Shown here piece by piece: positions 23,700 to 36,666 of a stretch of 64,000 bases of DNA (its first letter is position 1; the number at the start of each line of letters is the position of its first letter). Source of the stretch: Octopus sinensis (taxonomy: Eukaryota); assembly GCF_006345805.1 (NCBI RefSeq), contig NC_043003.1, positions 67,456,001 to 67,520,000 on the forward strand, in the 5' to 3' direction. The notes beneath the pieces were generated by a model. The model saw only the letters and a program-made list of their open reading frames with translations. It was not told where the DNA came from and made no database searches. Made by a program: the position numbers and the translations under genes.

Positions 23700-24200
23700 C
23701 CACACAGCAAGCTCTTATCCAACTTGTAGCATCATGACCTCCAAAACATCAGCAATTCTCCCAGTAAGCCCTGCACTGCCTTCCAATTATTTCCCCTCAC
23801 TCCTTCACCAACACTACATTCTACAAGCTCTCTCGGCTTTCACTTCCCCATCTTCGCATAACCCGTTATACAGTGAACACCATCTGGACCATTCTATGAG
23901 CTACACCAGACATGGATATCATGAATACATTCTTCGCTTCTCCTTAAGGTATTTTTAGCTTACCTTATTCTTCTGTTAACATCCGATAATTATTTGTAGC
24001 TGATATTCCACCAGCACCAAAGGGAATTCTGTACAATTTACCACATTTCAGTTACTTTATGTTCACGAATTTAAGGTCTCTCTTCTGTTGCTGTCCGTTA
24101 ATCTTCATAAGTTTCACTGCCTACTACCGAGATCTGCCCCTGTGTTTGGCTGTACCTTTACTAGAGCTGACAGCCGACGGTAAGCTTGATTACGCTTCGA
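23700..24200 (-). mobile_element. Highly decayed RTE-type RT C-terminal remnant
   Basis: Minus-strand fragments DVNRRIR*AKNTL and WCSLYNGLCE resemble EI.RRI..A..AF and SVLLYGCE.W. Confidence 0.35.
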
Positions 24201-24495
24201 AGTTTAGAGTACACATTGACTCCGAATAAGATAGCGTACCCTGAGGTATTGCAGATTTGGCACAGCTTACTGTGAGCTATCCTCCTGTTTGATGTGGTCT
24301 CACATTGCATGTGAAAACATTGAACATCTACATTCTGCTTGGTGACATCTAAATTAGTTCATTTCCTGTCATTTTCTTTCCCTCTCTGTCTCCCTGCACT
24401 TATCCACAAATTATATGCAGCGCGCACATCCACGCACGCACACCCAGTTGCACACACACTTATATGTGTGTGCCTGTGTGTCTGCTTGTGTGTAA

Positions 24496-24545
<50 letters not shown>

Positions 24546-24566
24546 ATATGTATATATGCATACATA

Positions 24567-24599
<33 letters not shown>

Positions 24600-24603
24600 G
24601 CAC

Positions 24604-24634
<31 letters not shown>

Positions 24635-24850
24635 GGCAATAATAATAAAGCTAAAATAATAGTTTTACTAAGTAGTTCGGTATGTTAAAAGAACCATTAT
24701 CTGTAAACTTAAACAAAGATGGTTATAATTATGAGTATAATTATAATTATATTAGGGCTCAACGAAATGTTACTTCACCACATACCGAAATTTAGAAATA
24801 GCAGTTAAATCTAACTATTTCGCTACCATAAGAAATTATACTCCTAATTA
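24635..24850 (+). repeat. Interspersed repeat, local family E
   Basis: TTTTAC(T/C)AAGTAGT...ATTAGGG.TCA...TTACTTCACCACA.ACCGAA...TAGAAATAGCAG shared with 41511-41710. Confidence 0.65.
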
Positions 24851-25129
24851 TGACAATTTAATATATATAGTCATATAGACAAACATATATACACACATAT
24901 ATACACATACAAACATACACACACACATAAACGCACACATGCATGGACGCACACATGCGCGCACACACACACATACACTTAGAGAGAGAAAGAAGGTGCA
25001 TACTACGATGTCTTTCTTTCAACTACCCTTTTCGATGAAAGTACGAAAACTGTACTCCTCAAGTTATCAGCAGGGAGGATCTAACATACAGACTGTATGC
25101 GGCTCAGTCGATCACTGAGAAAATTTCTG

Positions 25130-25490
25130 CTTAAAAAATGTACCACAAACAGCATTTCGATTTGCACATTGTCCATAAACAAGTCAAATTGTGCTCGAGT
25201 GTCGTCAACGTGTATGATGTGGTCTGCGATAAATGTGGTGCATTCTACATTGAGAGAACCATGAGAAAACTGGACACGCGCCCTGCTGTACACGTGCGCA
25301 AGGACACCACTGTCCATAAACAACTGAGGAAGTACCAGATCAAGTGGTTTACTATATCCCTCACACAGGGGGACACACCATAAGCAATTTACCTAACAAT
25401 GAGTCTACCCTAAATGCTAATTGGAAACCAACATTAAACAAGAGACAAGAACTACATGAAGCTGACTAGCTATACTAACGATACCACCTT
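25130..25490 (+). pseudogene. Penelope-like element GIY-YIG remnant
   Basis: VNVYDVVCDKCGAFYIERTMRKLDTR and ESTLNANWKPTLNKRQE. Confidence 0.65.
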
Positions 25491-26426
25491 GAACATATCT
25501 CTACACTTTTCCTAATGATTAAACATAGATATTAGATTTATCTCTGATTTCTCTACTTGTCTTGATGAAGAAGTCTTAACATTAATTATCAAAGAAACAG
25601 AAGGGAAAAATTTCTTGTTCTGGTTTGGATGTTTCATGTCATTTAGCATTGCTCTGGATTAATGTTGTTCTTTTTATTTACTTATTTAACGTCTCTTTTA
25701 TCTTTTACTTGAACCATGCCAGGTTGTGGCACCGCCTTGTAAGGTATGTTCCAAAAGCTGACCCAGATGGTCTGTTCGTAATTCTGATGTTCATTCTAAC
25801 GTTATTTTTTGGCCAATTTACTGAGTTACGTCTACTAAATTCTCTATAAATTATTGATCGACCCGTGGTGGCCTGGATCTGCATTAGAAATCACTTAAAG
25901 TGCTGTTCTGTGAGACTGAACAGAAACCCACTTCACAACGGACGAGCTTTTTGAGCATACGGACATATCTGTAAGTGGATGGTAGTTGGAACGGAAATAT
26001 ATTCTGTTTTATGTTTCTACCATATGCGAACATTTGCAATTACTCTATCTAAATGTGTACAAAGTAGAAATTATTTAGCTGAAAATAAAGAAATAAAGAT
26101 GCAACATTTACTGATTTGTGTATCGATAACAGTGTAATCAGTCAGTAAAAAGTATGTAATGAGTAATTTATTTGCAAGAAGTCTTTTATCAATCTACGCA
26201 TTTTAGCTAATTGCCTAGTTCCTTTCCTACATTCTCTTTCTTTCTCTTGCCTCTGTAACTCTCTCTCTCTTTGATTCTTTTTCAATATTTCCTCATTTTT
26301 CTTACTTAGGATACCATGTTTTGCTTTACTATATCTATTTTTAACAATTGACATAAACAATTGATGTCGATCTGATATTGTTTTGAGATCGTATCGAGCA
26401 CTGTTTTTAATATATAATAAAAAAAA

Positions 26427-26534
<108 letters not shown>

Positions 26535-26922
26535 TGTATGTATGTAAATTCCGGGTTAAGGTTCAAAAGAAAAGAGAATGTTTGAAACCGAATTAAAATG
26601 CCATATATTAATTTGAGTGGAATTAATTCAATTTTGCGTAGAAGGATCAGCAACATAACAGCTTCAGTTTTGTTTAATAAATGCATATTAGTATTAATAG
26701 AACTACATTTGATATCGTGATATCACTGAAATGAGCTGCACGACCGATTGTTGTTCAAGTTGAAAGTCAATTAGTCATTTGTCTGATTAGCTTGTTTTAT
26801 AAGTTACTCCACAGAGAGAAAGAGAGAGAAACACTCCAGAGAGATAGGCATGATGAAGTAGACTTATACTAATGGATATTACTGCATAGCCTAATAGCGT
26901 ACGATTACTTTCTTTGCAGCCA

Positions 26923-26988
<66 letters not shown>

Positions 26989-26989
26989 G

Positions 26990-27033
<44 letters not shown>

Positions 27034-27082
27034 ACTACTACTACCACCACTATTGCTGCTGCTGATACTATTTCAATTACTA

Positions 27083-27121
<39 letters not shown>

Positions 27122-27250
27122 AATAATAACAATAATAATAGGAAGAAGAAGAAGAAGAAGAAGAAGAAGAAGAAGAAGAAGAAGAAGAAGAAGAAGAAGA
27201 AGAAGAAGAAGAAGAAGAAGAAGAAGAAGAAGAAGAAGAAGAAGAAGAAG
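26923..27250. repeat. Compound trinucleotide array (CTA)n-(CTG)n-(AAT)n-(GAA)n
   Basis: Directly visible; (GAA)n runs about 110 bp. Confidence 0.95.
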
Positions 27251-27535
27251 AATTTGGAGCTTGAGAACAGTAAAGGTCGTGCCTACAATAATTGGTACGC
27301 TTGAAACATTATACGAAGATATAGACAAATGGCTGAAAAAGATTGGAATAGAATGCCTTGTAGAACTCCTGCAGACATTTTGTCTCTTAGGGATAGCATT
27401 GAATATTCGGTGGCTTTTAAGCAATTGAAAGACTAGTGAAAACTAGTGGATAAATAAGGTTACGGGTAGTAAAGCGCTATCTATTCCTGTCTGGAATAAG
27501 ACTGAACTTAAGCCAAACCAAAATGATAATAATAG
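27248..27535 (+). mobile_element. R4/Dong-type LINE 3' remnant, open frame to native stop
   Basis: RIWSLRTVKVVPTIIGTLETLYEDIDKWLKKIGIECLVELLQTFCLLGIALNIRWLLSN*; the 3' UTR has AGGTTACGGGTAG (cf. AGGTTGCGGGTAG at 5646) and ends in (AAT)n. Confidence 0.75.
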
Positions 27536-27829
27536 TTTATAAATACTAACATAACTCTTCACGAAGGTTTGAATAATTCACCTCTGGAAACATGAGTGTT
27601 TCGTTCAACATCCTTAAACAAACCTTATTCAGGGACCTTTTGAGAGGTTTCGTTGTCCCCTTTAATATTTGGTCTATGTTTGATCCCCCTCATTCTAGTA
27701 TTAAGGGAGACAAAAAATGGGCATCAGTTCAGAAATAGTAATGAAAAATTAACTATTTGCTTTATGTGGATGATCTGCAGATTTTTTGCAAGAATGAAAA
27801 AGATAGAGCATTGTGTGGCTGTGTGGTAA

Positions 27830-28226
27830 GGAGTGGCTGTGTGGTAAGTAGCTTGCTAACCAACCACATGGTTCCGGGTTCAGTCCCACCGCGTGGCATC
27901 TTGGGCAAGTGTCTTCTGCTATAGCCTCGGGCCGACCAATGCCTTGTGAGTGGATTTGGTAGACGGAAACTGAAAGAATCCTGTCGTATATATGCATATA
28001 TATATGTGTGTGCATGCTTGTGTGTCTGTGTTTGTCCCCCTAGCATCGCTTGACAACCGATGCTGGTGTGTTTACGTCCCCGTCACTTAGCGGTTCGGCA
28101 AAGGAACCGATATAATAAGTACTGGGCTTACAAAGAATAAGTCCCGGGGTCGATTTGCTCGACTAAAGGCGGTGCTCCAGCATGGCCGCAGTCAAATGAC
28201 TGAAACAAGTAAAAGAGTAAAGAGAG
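27830..28226 (+). mobile_element. SINE family A, full length, first 16 nt duplicated upstream
   Basis: GTGGCTGTGTGGTAAG at 27815 and 27833; complete body and AAAAGAGT tail. Confidence 0.9.
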
Positions 28227-28432
28227 TATCATCATCATCATGACACAGTCGTAGCTGAACTGCTGAAAATGCACTTCGTTGCACAGCATTCAGTAAAGAC
28301 AGGCATGGAATTTGGCATAGATAACTATACAATATTAGTCATAAGAAGAGGACAAGTAGTGAACAGCGAAGGCATCCAATAACAACTGACTGAAAGTGCT
28401 ACCATCATGTACATTGCTTTGGCTTCGTATAA

Positions 28433-28855
28433 AAGATGGGCTACATAAAATATTCTGCTCAATACCACAGATTTGTTTGACCTTAACTAGTGGAGCATGT
28501 CCCCTAGTTCAAAAGTAGTGGGAGAGCATCATAGTCATGTGTTAAGACGAATTCTTTGGAGTCTGGATAATTCACACATGGAAATATGGGTGTTTTGCTT
28601 ATCATATTGAAATAAATCATTTTAAAGGATCGTTTGCGTGGGATGAACTACTCGAGTGGGAGAAAAATTTAATTGGGTCCCGCCGGCAAGTTAATGCACT
28701 ATTTAGCTTGATATAAGATAACTAAGTCACGCACATATGGTTGTGAAGCATGTGACTGGTGTACCCTTATCAAACGGATAATCATGATGGGTATATTGGG
28801 CTTCGTATATTTGTACCCCAGTGGGACTTTGATGACATGCCCTGCTTACTCAATC

Positions 28856-28860
<5 letters not shown>
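28433..28860 (+). mobile_element. (AAT)n-tailed non-coding interspersed repeat, local family D, older copy
   Basis: Colinear with 28937-29400; a partial third copy lies at ~27585-27648. Confidence 0.75.
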
Positions 28861-28886
<26 letters not shown>

Positions 28887-28936
28887 TTCATAATAATAAT
28901 AACACGAATGATAATAATAATAATCATAATAATAAT

Positions 28937-29399
28937 AAGATGGGCTACAGCAAATATTCTGTTCAATAACACAGATTTGCTTGTCAGTTGTTTGACCATA
29001 AACAGTTAAGCATGTCCCTTAATGGCTGACAATATGTGCATCTCTGATCTCGAGCAGAAGTTGTGGGAAAGCATCATAGCCATGTATTGAGAGGGATTCT
29101 TTGGGGTTTGAATAATTCTCCTCTGGAAACGTGGGTATTTCGTTCTACATCCTTAAACAACCCTTATTCAGGGACCTTTTGATCGGGTAGTGTTACTGGA
29201 CCAGAAGAAAATCCTAACTGGACCGCATCTGCAAGGTCATGTGATGTTTAACTTGATATGAGATCACCATGTCGCGCACATATGGTTGTGATGCATGTGC
29301 CTGTTGTACCCTTATCAGACGGGTAGTCATGATGGGTATATTGGGCTTCGTATATTTTACCCCAGTGTCACTTTGATGGCATGAACTGCTCTCTCACTC

Positions 29400-29428
<29 letters not shown>
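28937..29428 (+). mobile_element. Family D, second copy in tandem, (AAT)n tail
   Basis: Starts AAGATGGGCTACA directly after the (AAT)n tail of copy 1; ends CTCACTC(AAT)n. Confidence 0.8.
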
Positions 29429-29459
<31 letters not shown>

Positions 29460-29708
29460 GAATACGGTGATTATTACAATGGTGGGTACGGTTTCTTTAT
29501 TGACCTCTACGTGTTAATCTAAACAAAGTCATTCAATGTAAACAATTCACAATAACTATAACGTTGTCATTTAGTGAGAACGGAACCAAATAGCACGAAT
29601 TTCCAGAGAACTATCTCTACGAAGTTGTTTGGTGGCAAGGTCTTTCCTATCCAGACACCAAGCCGTGGTCGATCTAAACAATATTATTCTATGTTATTCT
29701 ATTCTAAA

Positions 29709-29939
29709 GGCGGCGATCTGGCAGAAACGTTAGCACACCGGGCGAAATGCTTAGCGGTATTGCATCTGTCGTTGCGTTCTGAGTTCAAATTCCGCCGAGG
29801 TCGACTTTGCCTTTCATCCTTTCGGGGTCGATAAATTAAGTACCAGTTACGCACTGGAGTGGATGTAATCGACTTAATCCGTTTGTCTGTCCTTGTTTGT
29901 CCCCTCTATGTTTAGCCCCTTGTGGGCAATAAAGAAACA
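29709..29939 (+). mobile_element. Full-length SINE family B with 15-bp TSD
   Basis: AATATTATTCTATGT at 29680-29694 and 29940-29954. Confidence 0.9.
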
Positions 29940-30832
29940 AATATTATTCTATGTACAAAACTGATCCAGTTTCAAAATGTCTCCAAGCGAAATTGAAAAA
30001 TCTCTCCGTTGAAATCTCTCGTCGCATTTTCCGTTTCTGTACAAGAGTTTCGAGAAACAGGGCTTTGGTCAATTATGCATGTAAACTATGTTGTACAATT
30101 ATATGCGGGGCTAAATGACCTGCTTCTCTATAGATTGAAAAAAAAAATGATGAACTATATTATTCCGTTTTTGGATCTTAGTGAATTCTCATCAGTGGGC
30201 TCTATGTGAGTTTGAGAAGTCCTGCGGAGAAGAGTAGCCAATCTGTCTATAGACTCAACAATTACAGAAAACTGGAGCTACTAATGTGGGCTCTGTGTTG
30301 TCAGTGACCTGCCAACGGGGAACTTAGTACGTTTAATACACTTTATGTACTGTATTGTACTAAGGCTTGTCACGTATTAAAATTTCCTTAATTGATGATA
30401 ATAAAATTAAAACATTGTTATTTTCAATGAATTGCATTTGCTCCTGAAAATTCCATTTGCTCTCATGTATATTTAAATCAACGCATTATATTTTACATGG
30501 ATTACATTTAAGTTTTTGTGTTTTGGTGAGTGACTAAGACTACATTACCTCATCCCTCATTTTCAAATCATTTTGAGATCGGATGAAAAGAGTATTTGTT
30601 TTACGAAGAAAAAAAAAAGAAATATTTCCATCCAACAGGTAACTTGCCAGTAATAGAAAGCTAATATTTCTTTGAAATTATGCAGCACCATAACGCCACC
30701 CACCCCACTCCTTATATAATCTGTTCAGCATAGCATGTAATCATGTAATGCAATGAAGTTTTTTTTTGAGATCACACGAACGACCGAAAACACAGCCTCC
30801 ACTAGCTGAACCAATACTGACAATAGCAATAA

Positions 30833-30840
30833 TGATGATG

Positions 30841-30876
<36 letters not shown>

Positions 30877-30924
30877 TAATAATAATAAATAATAATAATA
30901 ATGATAATAATAATAATAATGATG

Positions 30925-30972
<48 letters not shown>

Positions 30973-30985
30973 TAATAATAATAAT

Positions 30986-31053
<68 letters not shown>

Positions 31054-31322
31054 TAATAATAATAACTGCCACAATAACACCAACAAAACAAGAAACAACA
31101 ACAGTAATAATAAATATATAACAATAATAACAAAAACAACAGCAGAAGTAGTAACAATGACGATAACAACAGCAACAACAACAGCTATAGAGCAATGATG
31201 TTGAGGTTGATGATGATGCTGATGAGGGGAGGAGGGGGCTATTATTAATAACAACAATGATAATAATGATGATGATGATCAGCATCATCATCATAATCAT
31301 CATCATCATTGTCATCATCATC
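30833..31322. repeat. Long compound (AAT)n/(AAC)n/(GAT)n/(CAT)n tract
   Basis: Directly visible; source of the poly-I/L/Y ORFs. Confidence 0.95.
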
Positions 31323-31981
31323 ATGACACAGTCATTGCTGAACTGCTGAAAATGCACTTCGTTGCACAGCATTCAGAATAAATTGCGTTGAACGTTATTT
31401 CAGATTTTGAAAATATAGTTTCGGGACAAATATTATTTATAAAAAAAACTACTTCGGCATCAGCATCGATGCGCATTACTTCACATTGCTAGAAAAATAA
31501 ACCTGATGTTGAAACCACGTTATTATTTTGAAAGATACTCCATACAAATTCCTCGTCAGGAACATCTTGTCGCGCATCGTTTCCTTCATGAATTTACCCT
31601 CCAGAACATCCATTTAAACCCGTTTTCCACATGTCACGAAAACTAGAAATAAAGGAAGACATGGTGAATACATGGTTATACGTTTGCCGACAGGTTTTCC
31701 ACGAATGCAAATAGATGAAATACTAAATAGCTTGTTACAGAGAAAGCTCACCTGCTTATTTATGTATCTATCTATTTATCGATTTCTGTTGTTAAAAAGA
31801 TCAATATCTATCCTTCAAGCCATCTTGTCAGCAATCAACCTAGTTGCCTAAATGTGCACCTACCTGTCTACATACTCACACAAGCACACATACCTACTTA
31901 TTTGTGTGTGGGTGGGTGTGTTTGCGTGTGTATATATGTAATAGTAATGTATATGTGTTTATGAATCTTACCACAAACAGT

Positions 31982-32070
31982 GAACCCTGATGAAGGAATT
32001 ATTATTTGATGGAGCTGAATATGGACTGTTCTTACAGCCCTTTAATATTTTCTGAAACGGCCGTAGGTTT
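31982..32070 (+). ncRNA. Type I hammerhead ribozyme motif with palindromic minimal stem III
   Basis: GAACC-CTGATGA(31987-31993)-AGGAAtTATTA...TAATAtTTTCT-GAAA(32054-32057)-CGGCCG-T-A(32065)-GGTTT; stem II has 10 of 11 pairs. Confidence 0.7.
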
Positions 32071-32634
32071 TCCTTGACTTTCACTTATCATGATTTTTAA
32101 TTGACATCTCGTATTACGAAACTATTTATTCTCCCTCGAATACATGTATCTACACACGCATGCACGGTTTTCATGTTATTATGGATTAGTTCACTTACAT
32201 TTTCTATCATATTATTTTTGTTATATACTTTAATTTTTTCATATTTTTATTATTAATTGAATTTGTAATATAAACATGTATGTCATCCAAGAATTATAAA
32301 TCACTGTAAGCACGATTTCATTTCCGGATGTAAAGTATTGACAACTGAAAATTTTTAGCTTCTACAAAACAACTTTTATTACTTTTATTTCACGTTGACT
32401 ACTTGATAAATTCTTATACAGATTTGATCCTATTTTTAAATTGTAAATTTAACCTGAGTATATTCAGTACTGAATTTTTATTCCGAATAAGCACGTTGTT
32501 ACCGATGTGCAATTCGAAAAACCCCGCCATTAAATAGATGTATAAGCGGTGAACATTTCTATATTCTTCGTTGGATACGATAGTTGTTCGTCTGGTATGT
32601 TGATTTTGTTCAATCATTATAAATCTTGAATTAT

Positions 32635-32697
32635 GCTTGCACTGATGAGTAACGAGTGCACCACTGCACTGATTATGAAATCACAGTGATCTCCAGC
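32635..32697 (+). ncRNA. Type I hammerhead ribozyme motif, stem I partly decayed
   Basis: GCTTGCA-CTGATGA(32642-32648)-GTAAcgAGTGCA-ccac-TGCACTgaTTAT-GAAA(32677-32680)-TCAC-A-GTGA-T-C(32691)-TCCAGC. It follows a PLE-like C-terminal remnant (IRKTPPLNR, ~32500-32540). Confidence 0.55.
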
Positions 32698-32875
32698 TAA
32701 ATTCTGTTTTAACGTGCTTCGTGAGTTGCATTCGGTACGATGTGTTTATTTATTTTAGTAGTTTTGACTTTAAGAGTCCCTCTTAGCGTTTGGCACTTAT
32801 GTGTAGTAATGCCTTCTATAATATATATATATATATACATGTATGTATATGTATATATATGTATATCTATGTGTG

Positions 32876-32921
<46 letters not shown>

Positions 32922-33001
32922 CATACACACACATATATATATATATATATTATAAATTATGTCAGTACGTAGATATGATGTATGTATATAATGGATATAT
33001 A

Positions 33002-33060
<59 letters not shown>

Positions 33061-34277
33061 AAGAGCGAGAGAGACAGAACCAATATAAGGATATTCGACG
33101 TTGTAATAGCTAAATCATGACGGGAAAGATAAAAGGCCTGTGCGGTTCCCTTAGTGAATGTAACGCTTGTTAGACTGCAACATTTCCGATTGCACTACAG
33201 AGAGACCGTTGATCTTTCCCCTCAAATCATTTGTCAGGAGCATCTATTAATATACTAGCATTAATATCTGAGTAATAAAATTTCCTCTTTGAGGATAATA
33301 TTAAGTAGCCATAGAAAAATGGTATATTCATAATATGTACTAATATATCATAGTAGAAGAATATGTATCCTTCAGACTAATTGAAATACCGACATTCGAA
33401 TCATAACGGTGCGTAGAATTACTTTGCAAAGGTATTGGCTTTTATTTTTGTCTGTAAAATTCGCTCAACGTATATTGAGAATGCAATTTAGAAAATAAAA
33501 CTCACATTAAGCAACGAAGATTATATTTTCACAGTGTGAGGTATGTAAAAATGAGCTGATGTGTATGTGACGAGGTTTAGTTCTCTTTGAAAATCAATTA
33601 TGTACATTTTTGAGTACAATTGTTTAAGAAATAATCCATTAAAGTCGAAATGTCATATATTCGTCTTGCTTTATTCCAAATATAACATTAACTTTCATTA
33701 TGTTTTGTACCTATAGCAACTAAATTGAATATCATGGCGACAAGCTGTACAAAGTCTTTTAAGTACAATACATTATAATACACATTAAGTGAGCTAATAA
33801 ATGTACTGAGTATGATCTCCATTTAAGTGGTTTATCCTTATATTCTCTGAGAGGAAATGAAACTACTTATAATGTATTTAGCTGCGCAATGGTTCATGAA
33901 AAAAATATATATTCTAAATTTGCTTTCTGTTCGTTTCTTTCACTTATAGAACCTCAAACAATTTGATTTTCCACTTTTATATAATTTTCAAAAGTTAACA
34001 TAGGAACACATCTTGTCTACCTACACACCCTTGCCCTGATTTGAATTATATATTAGGGAATTAAATTGTTTATATATCAAAATATGTATATAAATCGAAA
34101 CAATTTGTTGACTTTTTTGGTTGTTTAAATAATTGTTTGTTATATCACATTCATAGTATATTATGTTATATTACAATATAAATAAATCATTGAAATGTCA
34201 ATTGTATCTCTCTAATAAATTCTATAGATTTTATGTATATGTATATATATGTGTGTATGTGTGCGTGCGTGTATATT

Positions 34278-36666
34278 CTGTTGTGTCTGGGGAGAGTCGT
34301 TCTATTTTAGTGCCTTATATTTTAACACACTCACTGGTAAGATTTCAACTAATTTCTTTTTTTATTTTTCTAAAATTTTTGTAAAAGATGCGCATGTCAA
34401 GTTGACCCAGGTTGCCTCCATGTTGGTCGTTTGCATGTTGGTAGAGAATGGATGACTCTTTTTCGTCTGTCGTCATATTGTCTCAAATGGTCATTTAGTC
34501 GTTCCGCAATGTTCCTAGATGTCTCCCCTATGTGTGTAATGTTCATGTCTTTACAAAGAACTTCTATGCATCTTATACTGTAAACTACATTTCGAGTTCT
34601 ACAGATAATGTCAGGGCTAAACCTACATGTTACGAAGTTATTATTAGCGAATATGGTATTCTCAAAGTTGTGAATAGATAGTTGTCCTACATAGTTGTGA
34701 TCTGATGGAGTTTCCTGGTTTTTCAACAATCATAATTTTGCGTCTGGTCTTTTCGGGTTAGTTTCTCCGTGGGCTGTGGCCTCTACAAACATTACATTTT
34801 GATATTTATCGATTTTATACCACGTGTTTGCCTTGTTTGTTTTGTCACAAGTTCTTTGTATCCTATTCCAGTTTTTGTTTCTATATCTGGGGCAAGTACT
34901 ACTGCTATCATTACGTATAATGTTGTCTAAATTCTTACTAGCACCACTGTATACTCCAATCCTATTTTTCTGATCATATCCAGAGAACTGCATGCGGTGC
35001 ATGATGTTCTCTATATGGTTTCTCATTTCATAGGTTTCGCATAGTGGGGATAGGTTCTGCATTATCCTAGCTAAATCTGCTCTCAGTATATGAATTTTCG
35101 TGTTGTGTGCCAAACTGAGTTCTAGTGAACAACATACTTTGAAGCTATAGTTTTCGTGTAATAGGAGTGAAGGAGCTGCACTCTATTGTTTACAATCTCT
35201 AACCAAAGTTCAGTATCAAGTACGGGGAGTCTATTTTGGGGGTATTTTGTTGGGTAATGTATAGTGACCTAGATACTTTGGTGGATGTAGTTATCTACAT
35301 GCTGGATGCTCTCCGTTACGTTCTTCTCAGTTTCTATACTGCCGTAACTAGAGTCGGTGCTAACTATGATATTAATGTCATCTACATATCTACTGTAGAG
35401 TAGAAGAGTTGTGAACTGTTCTATTAATATTTGCTTAAGTTTTCTGTCTCACCAGGTCATGAAGAGGCCAGTCATATCTCCAGCCACACCGACACCGATA
35501 GCTGTACCTTGAACCGGCATATATATTTTTTTGTTTTATTAAACTTTACTATGTGGGTCTTCAATGTGGCTTTTACACTAGCCCCTATTGCATGTGCAAT
35601 CATTTCTTTCACCTGATTGTCGTTCTCAGGGTTTGAGGCGGGAGTGTTCGAGCCACTCGAGCCCTCTGTGGTGCTCTTTTTCACTGCTGAAATGATGGTG
35701 TGTGGTCTTCCCCTCTGTGACCTGGCGGGGCAGAATCTACTGAGGTCATGGTCATCTAAATAGTCACTGTTGTAGCTTAGTCTGAGGTGGAGGCCCAGTT
35801 CCCTCGTGTTGACATTACAGATCTCCACTTCACTCTCACAGATTACCTGAATGCATTCATCTTCAGCAAAATCTATGTCTATAAACGGGTAGAGTGAAAT
35901 CACATTCATACTACCCAACACACAGCTTGTGAAGTCGTGGGAGTGGTTGCAAGTACTAATTTTAGTAAAGAGATCTTCCGTACTCACACAGACATCTGGA
36001 GACATCGCTATGAGAGGTTGTAATACCTATGAGAGGAAGTAGGACAGCCTATATTTGCTGGAGATATTCACCGTGCAAACTGGTCTGGCTGGAGGCCCCA
36101 TGACAGGGTTTATGTATGGTTTGCCGTCTTTCCGTAACCAGTATAGTGTAGGAACATTATTGTTGGATTCTTGTAAATTGTGTGCCGTCTTTTTCATAGG
36201 TTAGAGTATGTTGCACTACATTTCCAGGTGTGCATTGAGGAGTTTTTCCACTCATTCGTGTTGCAGTGGTGCAACTTCTCTCATGCTACTGATGTGTTGT
36301 CGCATGGTCTGGATATAGTTCTGTGGACTGTATATTAAAAGTATGCCAGACTTGTCCGTAGGGAGACTCAATAATACTCTGTTCCTAATTCACTGTATTA
36401 GTTTTTGTAGGTCCCCTCCCCACTATGATTTTTAGCGGATTTGTTGTATCGGTCTAAGAATTGTCGGGGTTTATTTCTAGCTACGGAGATATTTGCTTCT
36501 GTTTCGCTGTCAATTTGGGGTGGGATATAAACCATTTTGTGAAAGAGTAAGTCTGTAGGGTCAAATGCAAAACGAAATATATATGTGTATATATGCGAAG
36601 CAAGGTGGAAAAAATTGTACTTTATTAAAAAGCAGCAAAAATATCACCAAAACTCAGAGTTTCACG
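34278..36666 (-). mobile_element. Degenerate Penelope-like element, copy 2 (N-terminal region, RT, GIY-YIG, terminal repeat)
   Basis: LPTDKSG, VLGSMNVISLYPFID, CRTRNVVYSIRCIEVLCKDMNITHIGETSRNIAERLNDH; terminal repeat at 34278-34385. Confidence 0.9.

Noticed and set aside
25555-25610. TTGATGA...GAAA after PLE remnant
   Set aside because: Expected position for an HHR, but C3 is lost and no stems can be paired.
30134-30205. In-frame AG...GT candidate exon (LKKKMMNYIIPFLDLSEFSSVGS)
   Set aside because: No homology; such short candidates are expected by chance. The minus-strand CTGATGA here also lacks GAAA and stem I.
31520-31570. Minus-strand CTGACGA-GGAA...TTC-AAAA
   Set aside because: G12 missing; stems I and III unconvincing.
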